Assembly: GCA_038870635.1 (NCBI GenBank)
Contig: JAVZJR010000001.1
Span: forward strand, 90,133 to 154,132
Reading direction: 5' to 3'
DNA length: 64,000 nt
Source: Candidatus Bilamarchaeaceae archaeon
GTDB taxonomy: Archaea; Micrarchaeota; Micrarchaeia; Anstonellales; Bilamarchaeaceae
Position numbers and translations under genes: made by a program. Under the pieces are notes generated by a model. That model was not told where the DNA came from. It saw only the letters and a program-made list of their open reading frames with translations, and did not search any database. Below are positions 59,435-64,000 of the stretch, one piece after another (within the stretch, counting starts at the first letter, position 1; each line of letters begins with the position of its first letter).

Positions 59435-62168
59435 TATTATGGATGTTGATAAAAAAGAACTTAGAAAAAGATTTGCACAAGAGTGGGAAAAACATTACAA
59501 ACTTGAAGCACTTATTTCGCGTGGTTTTAAAAGGCAAAAGTGTAAAAAATGCGGAAAAAATTTCTGGAGTGTAAAAGAGCGCGACCTTTGTGCTGACGCA
59601 AGCTGTATAGGATTTCAATTTGTAGGCAACACACCAGTACAAGATAGATTAGGTTATATTGAAACATGGAAAAAGATAGAAAATTACTTCACGGAAAACA
59701 ACCACACTTACATAAAACCATACCCGACCGTGGCAAGATGGCGTGATGATCTTTATTTTACAATTGCAAGCATAAACGATTTTCAACCATATGTAGTAAA
59801 TGGAGAACTCGACCCGCCTGCAAACCCTCTTATTGTCCCACAACCCTGCATAAGGTTTCCAGACATACAAAATGTTGGTGTTACTGGCTCTCATTACACT
59901 AACTTTGTAATGATTGGCCAGCACGCTTTTAACAACGAAAGAACTGGTTTATTTTATTGGAAAGAGGAAGCAATCAATCATGATATAAACTATCTTAATC
60001 GTTTAGGAATACCACTTGAGGAAATAGTATTTCAAGAAGATGTGTGGGCAGGTGGCGGTAATTTCGGTCCAAGCATGGAATATTTTGTTCGTGGGTTAGA
60101 GCTTGGTAATTGTGTTTTCATGCAGTATGAGATTACACCAAGCGGAGCAAGAGAATTACGCACCAAAGTAATCGACATGGGCGCTGGTCTTAGCAGGCTT
60201 GCGTGGATAACATCAGGAGATCCTACAAGTTATGAAGTGGTTTTTGGAGATGTTGTTGAGATTATGAAAAAAAATGCAGGAATAAAAACAGATAAACAGC
60301 TGTTAACAAAATTTACTCGCCTTGCAGGTAGCTTAAACATAGATGAAGTAGAAGATATAGAAGCGGCAAAAGAAACTGTTGCAAAAGAGCTCGGAATGGA
60401 AAAAAAAGAACTTTTTGAAAAATTAGAACCATTACAAGCTATTTATGCGAGTGCAGACCATCTATTAACTATTTTATTTACAACAACAGATGGCATGTTG
60501 CCTAGCAATGCGGGCGGCGGCTACAATTTAAGAATGATATTACGAAGAACTTTTGGTTTCAACGATCGCTACCATCTTAATTTTGATTATGAAAAAATAA
60601 TAGAAGGACATGCAGCTTACTTAGAGCCAATTTTCCCCCATCTAAAAGATGGTACAGAAACAACAATAGATGTTATAGAAGAAGAAAGAAAAAAATATGA
60701 AAGCACAAAGGAAAAGGCGCGGGTTATCGTAGCTAATATCATCCGAAAAGCAAAGGGAAATGATAAAACTGCTAAAAAAGAAAGTGCATACGAAGCAAAA
60801 AACAAAATAAGTGTAAACGATTTAGTTTTACTCTATAAAAGTCATGGCGTGCCACCCGATTATGTTATTGAAATTGCAAAAGAGAATGATGTAGAAGCGC
60901 AAATGCCCGGTAATTTCTATGAACTAGTAAGAGAAGGAGAAGGCGGTTCTAAGGTTGAAGAAGAAAAGAAAAAAGTATTGGACTTAGATGTAATAGGCTA
61001 CCCAAAAACAGAGGTGCTTTACTATAGCGATATTAGTGAATTTGAAGCTGAAATTATAGATATCACAAAAAACGGCTATGCGGTACTTAATAAAACCGCA
61101 TTTTATCCAGAAGGCGGCGGTCAAGTCGCAGACAAGGGATGGATTGAAGGAATAGAGGTCACAGACGTAATAAAAAAACATGGAGTAGTGCTACATAAAG
61201 TAGCAGAACCAAATAGACTAAAAAAAGGAAAGGTTAGATGCAAAGTAGATACAGCCCGAAGAAAGAGGATAACTACACATCACACTTGCGCGCATCTTTT
61301 AAACGCTGCTGCAAGAGAGGTTCTTGGAGAACACATTTGGCAGGCCGGTTCTTACAAAGATGAAGAGAAAGGACATCTTGATATAACACATTACAAAAAG
61401 ATAACTCAGGATGAATTGGATGAGATAGAGAAAAAAGTAAACGAATACATAAGACAAAATCTTCCAATAAAAGTAGAAGTGCTTCCCAGAAACGTTGCTG
61501 AGCAAAGGTATGGTTTTAGATTGTATCAAGGCGGGGCAGTGCCAGGCAAAGAGCTTCGCATAGTATCTATTGGAGATATCGATCACGAAGCGTGCGGCGG
61601 CACCCACCATATGCTAAAATCCACAGGTGAAATTGGAGTATATAAGATAATAAAAAGAGAAAGCATACAAGACGGCGTAGAGCGAATAACTTATAAAGCA
61701 GGAGATGTAGCCATTAAATATATACAAGAAAGAGAAAAAATGATAAAAAGGACAGCCGCCATAGTAAGTGTAGGGGAAAACGAAATAGAATCCACGATGA
61801 AAAGATTTTTTGAAGAATGGAAGATGCAAAAAAACATTATAGAAAATCTTAGCACCAGATTGGCCGCTGTTGAAAGCCAACAGATAGCCGAAGAACATGC
61901 AAAAACCAAAAAACCAATTTTTAGATTGACTGATCTTGATGTAGAGGTTTTGAAAAAAATAGCGATAACGCTAAGTGCTGAAAACAAAGATATATCGTTT
62001 TGTATACTCAACAAAAAAGGCGACATAGTATGCGCAAGCGGAGAAAATTCGCTTTATAGCGCTGAAGAGATAATGAAAAAAGTTATTGAGAAGTTAGGTG
62101 GAAAAGGCGGAGGAAGCCGAAGGATAGCGTTTGGTAAAGTTTCAAAGATAGGTATTGTTGAGTTTTAA
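59418..62168 (+). CDS. alaS: Alanyl-tRNA synthetase (archaeal type)
   Basis: N-terminal zinc ribbon KRQKCKKCGKNFW, class II core, editing-domain HxxxH…CGGTH, C-terminal DHHA1-like GGKGGG; ATG after a GGAGAGAG SD. Confidence 0.9.
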   Translation: MEKLSDIMDVDKKELRKRFAQEWEKHYKLEALISRGFKRQKCKKCGKNFWSVKERDLCADASCIGFQFVGNTPVQDRLGYIETWKKIENYFTENNHTYIKPYPTVARWRDDLYFTIASINDFQPYVVNGELDPPANPLIVPQPCIRFPDIQNVGVTGSHYTNFVMIGQHAFNNERTGLFYWKEEAINHDINYLNRLGIPLEEIVFQEDVWAGGGNFGPSMEYFVRGLELGNCVFMQYEITPSGARELRTKVIDMGAGLSRLAWITSGDPTSYEVVFGDVVEIMKKNAGIKTDKQLLTKFTRLAGSLNIDEVEDIEAAKETVAKELGMEKKELFEKLEPLQAIYASADHLLTILFTTTDGMLPSNAGGGYNLRMILRRTFGFNDRYHLNFDYEKIIEGHAAYLEPIFPHLKDGTETTIDVIEEERKKYESTKEKARVIVANIIRKAKGNDKTAKKESAYEAKNKISVNDLVLLYKSHGVPPDYVIEIAKENDVEAQMPGNFYELVREGEGGSKVEEEKKKVLDLDVIGYPKTEVLYYSDISEFEAEIIDITKNGYAVLNKTAFYPEGGGQVADKGWIEGIEVTDVIKKHGVVLHKVAEPNRLKKGKVRCKVDTARRKRITTHHTCAHLLNAAAREVLGEHIWQAGSYKDEEKGHLDITHYKKITQDELDEIEKKVNEYIRQNLPIKVEVLPRNVAEQRYGFRLYQGGAVPGKELRIVSIGDIDHEACGGTHHMLKSTGEIGVYKIIKRESIQDGVERITYKAGDVAIKYIQEREKMIKRTAAIVSVGENEIESTMKRFFEEWKMQKNIIENLSTRLAAVESQQIAEEHAKTKKPIFRLTDLDVEVLKKIAITLSAENKDISFCILNKKGDIVCASGENSLYSAEEIMKKVIEKLGGKGGGSRRIAFGKVSKIGIVEF

Positions 62169-62861
62169 CAAAGAAGGTTTTTTCAGAAATTCAAACTTTT
62201 GCGGATTAGCAACAAACTCTAAAAGAATGTCTTTACACTCAAATCCATATCTCTTGTTTATATCATTTGTTTTTACCCTTTCATTTTGTGATATTATATA
62301 ATAAGGATTATGTAAAAAGCCGCCATCAGGTGTAACGTAGTAGGCAGCGCCGTGATTTTTCTTAAACATCGAGTAATCTGATGTAAAATCATCAGCTACG
62401 ATGTTCGAAAGAACAAGCATATCTTTACTACTATTAATTGTGGTATGACAAAAGTTAGGTGGTATCAGAAGGATATCACCTTTTTTGCCCTCTACAATAG
62501 AAACAAAAAAACCACCATTCGAAAGTTCTTTTTGCAAAATAAAGATAGCAGTGCCAGAAAGTATTTGGTAAACTTCAGGATAAGAAAGATTTTTTTCTGC
62601 AATAGGGTGGCAATGGCCATAAGTTTTTGACATTTCCTTTTCTTTTTCCCACACGGGTATAACAGTTATGTCGTAGCGAAGTCCATCTTTTTTTATAATT
62701 TCTCTATACATGTAATATGCATCACCTTCACTTACTGGCTCCTCATTCAAAACATCTTTAAGTTCTGAAAAAGTTCTTACAATAGGATGAATGGTTTTAC
62801 TGTTAGCAATTAAAGTTGTACCCAACAACTCTATACGAAAAGGTTGAGAATAAAAAATCAT
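62142..62861 (-). CDS. pgiA: Cupin-type glucose-6-phosphate isomerase (cPGI)
   Basis: TYGHCHPIAEKNLSYPEVYQILSG and ILLIPPNFCHTTIN are colinear with Pyrococcus cPGI TKGHFHAKLDRAEVYVALKG / VVYVPPYWAHRTVN. Confidence 0.75.
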   Translation of the reverse strand: MIFYSQPFRIELLGTTLIANSKTIHPIVRTFSELKDVLNEEPVSEGDAYYMYREIIKKDGLRYDITVIPVWEKEKEMSKTYGHCHPIAEKNLSYPEVYQILSGTAIFILQKELSNGGFFVSIVEGKKGDILLIPPNFCHTTINSSKDMLVLSNIVADDFTSDYSMFKKNHGAAYYVTPDGGFLHNPYYIISQNERVKTNDINKRYGFECKDILLEFVANPQKFEFLKKPSLLKLNNTYL

Positions 62862-63238
62862 AACTCTATTACTTCTTTCATCTTTTTAAATTCTAGTCTT
62901 TTTTCCAGCACTTTATTGGCTAAAAGACTTTGTCTTTCAAATTTTAGCACGAGAGACCTCATAAAAAAAATAAATTGTGGATTTTGTTCACCTAATTCTT
63001 TTTCCAAAGAAGCCAATGTCTTCAATGCACCCATAAGAAGAGAAGCATTTATAGTTCCATGGCCATTAAGCGTTTGCAAGTAGCTATCTATTATCCCTTT
63101 TATGAAAAAAACTCTATATCGTGTTCTCTTATTCTTTATGTTTGATAGATTTATTCTCTTCATTATAGCAGACAAAGTAAGCCAATCTTCACTAGCAAGA
63201 ATAGTAGATAAGCTACTAGTTTCTTTTTTTGGGTGCAT
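62858..63238 (-). CDS. Hypothetical protein
   Basis: ORF only. Confidence 0.25.
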   Translation of the reverse strand: MHPKKETSSLSTILASEDWLTLSAIMKRINLSNIKNKRTRYRVFFIKGIIDSYLQTLNGHGTINASLLMGALKTLASLEKELGEQNPQFIFFMRSLVLKFERQSLLANKVLEKRLEFKKMKEVIEL

Positions 63239-63269
63239 GGAGAATTATTTTAGTGCAAGTTTAAAAATA

Positions 63270-63929
63270 TTATTCTTCGCAAATGCTAAAACCTATTAAA
63301 AACCACGAGGTGTAGGGAATTTTAAAAGACAATTCTGGAACAGATGCCTGCAGTTGCTCTATAAACAATTTTGTAGGTTGCTTTTTATCTTTTCTTAAAA
63401 TTTCTAAATTCAAAACTAATACATCTTCTGCTGTTAGAAAAGCACGTACAAACTTAAGAGTTACTTTATCATTTTTGCTAAGTGGGTCTCCACCTTCAAC
63501 TTCTATTGTTTCACCTTCTTTTAACTCTATAAAATTTGTATTACGAGCTAAAAGAATGAGAGCAACCTTTTTACCAGTTAAACCAAATTGTACTCCACTT
63601 TTTCCTATTGAAGAAACACATTCTAAATTATTATTTTCTTTATATTGTAAAGAAGAATTACCCTCAATATTATTAACAGAATATAGTACAGAACCCCGCT
63701 CTTCTATTTTTTCTATTTTAAGAGAGGCACCACAAGAAAGATAAACCTTTTCTCCTTCTGCTAATATTTTAGTAGAGTATTCATTGTTATTTTCTATTTT
63801 TACTTTTACATAAGAAGGTGGATCACAAGAGAAATTTTTCTGTGTTTGGTAAGGATTGCAAGAGCAAAGTCCAATTAAAAAAATAGAACTCATGAATTTA
63901 GAAAAGACAGATGCTGGTTTTTTTTGCAA
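63270..63929 (-). CDS. Secreted hypothetical protein with lipobox-like signal peptide (…LIGLCSC)
   Basis: N-terminal signal peptide and Cys pair. Confidence 0.35.
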   Translation of the reverse strand: MQKKPASVFSKFMSSIFLIGLCSCNPYQTQKNFSCDPPSYVKVKIENNNEYSTKILAEGEKVYLSCGASLKIEKIEERGSVLYSVNNIEGNSSLQYKENNNLECVSSIGKSGVQFGLTGKKVALILLARNTNFIELKEGETIEVEGGDPLSKNDKVTLKFVRAFLTAEDVLVLNLEILRKDKKQPTKLFIEQLQASVPELSFKIPYTSWFLIGFSICEE

Positions 63930-64000
63930 CTTTTGGTTATTGTGTTCGTCTATTTTTTTATTATCTTTAATATCTTCGGCTTTTCTTCTTAAAAATTTCA

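Overview
The window is AT-rich (roughly one-third G+C by eye) and densely coding on both strands. It reads as a stretch of archaeal chromosome, possibly a DPANN-like or small-genome euryarchaeal lineage. Archaeal informational markers are present: ribosomal protein S6e, aIF-2 gamma, RFC small subunit, ATP-dependent DNA ligase, archaeal-type ProRS, AlaRS with an N-terminal zinc ribbon, SecF/SecD, and a RecJ/GAN-like DHH nuclease. Other recognisable genes include a bacterial-style heat-shock locus (wHTH regulator, hsp20, grpE, dnaK, dnaJ), purH and purM, a riboflavin cluster (ribB, a fused ribC-ribH, bacterial-type ribA), a long-form thyX, the archaeal AMP salvage pair (ribose-1,5-bisphosphate isomerase plus AMP phosphorylase), inositol-3-phosphate synthase, a cupin-type PGI, endonuclease IV, an M17 aminopeptidase and an Lhr-like helicase. 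There are two tRNAs (Ser-GCU, and Tyr-GUA with two introns). I saw no rRNA, no CRISPR array and no transposase or integrase. The most notable items are a minimal [FeFe]-hydrogenase H-domain gene, a tandem-AAA CDC48-like ATPase with a roughly 330-aa polytopic membrane N-terminus in place of the usual N-domain, a tRNA-Tyr that appears to carry a non-canonical D-loop intron as well as the canonical one, a grpE whose N-terminus needs a +1 correction in a 7-A homopolymer, an overlapping gene pair ending in a small RelA/SpoT-like nucleotidyltransferase (possibly toxSAS-like), a free-standing degenerate LAGLIDADG protein, and several tiny zinc-ribbon or very basic micro-ORFs below the length cutoff of the ORF track. 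All start-site adjustments rest on Shine-Dalgarno-like GGTG/GAGG motifs seen upstream.
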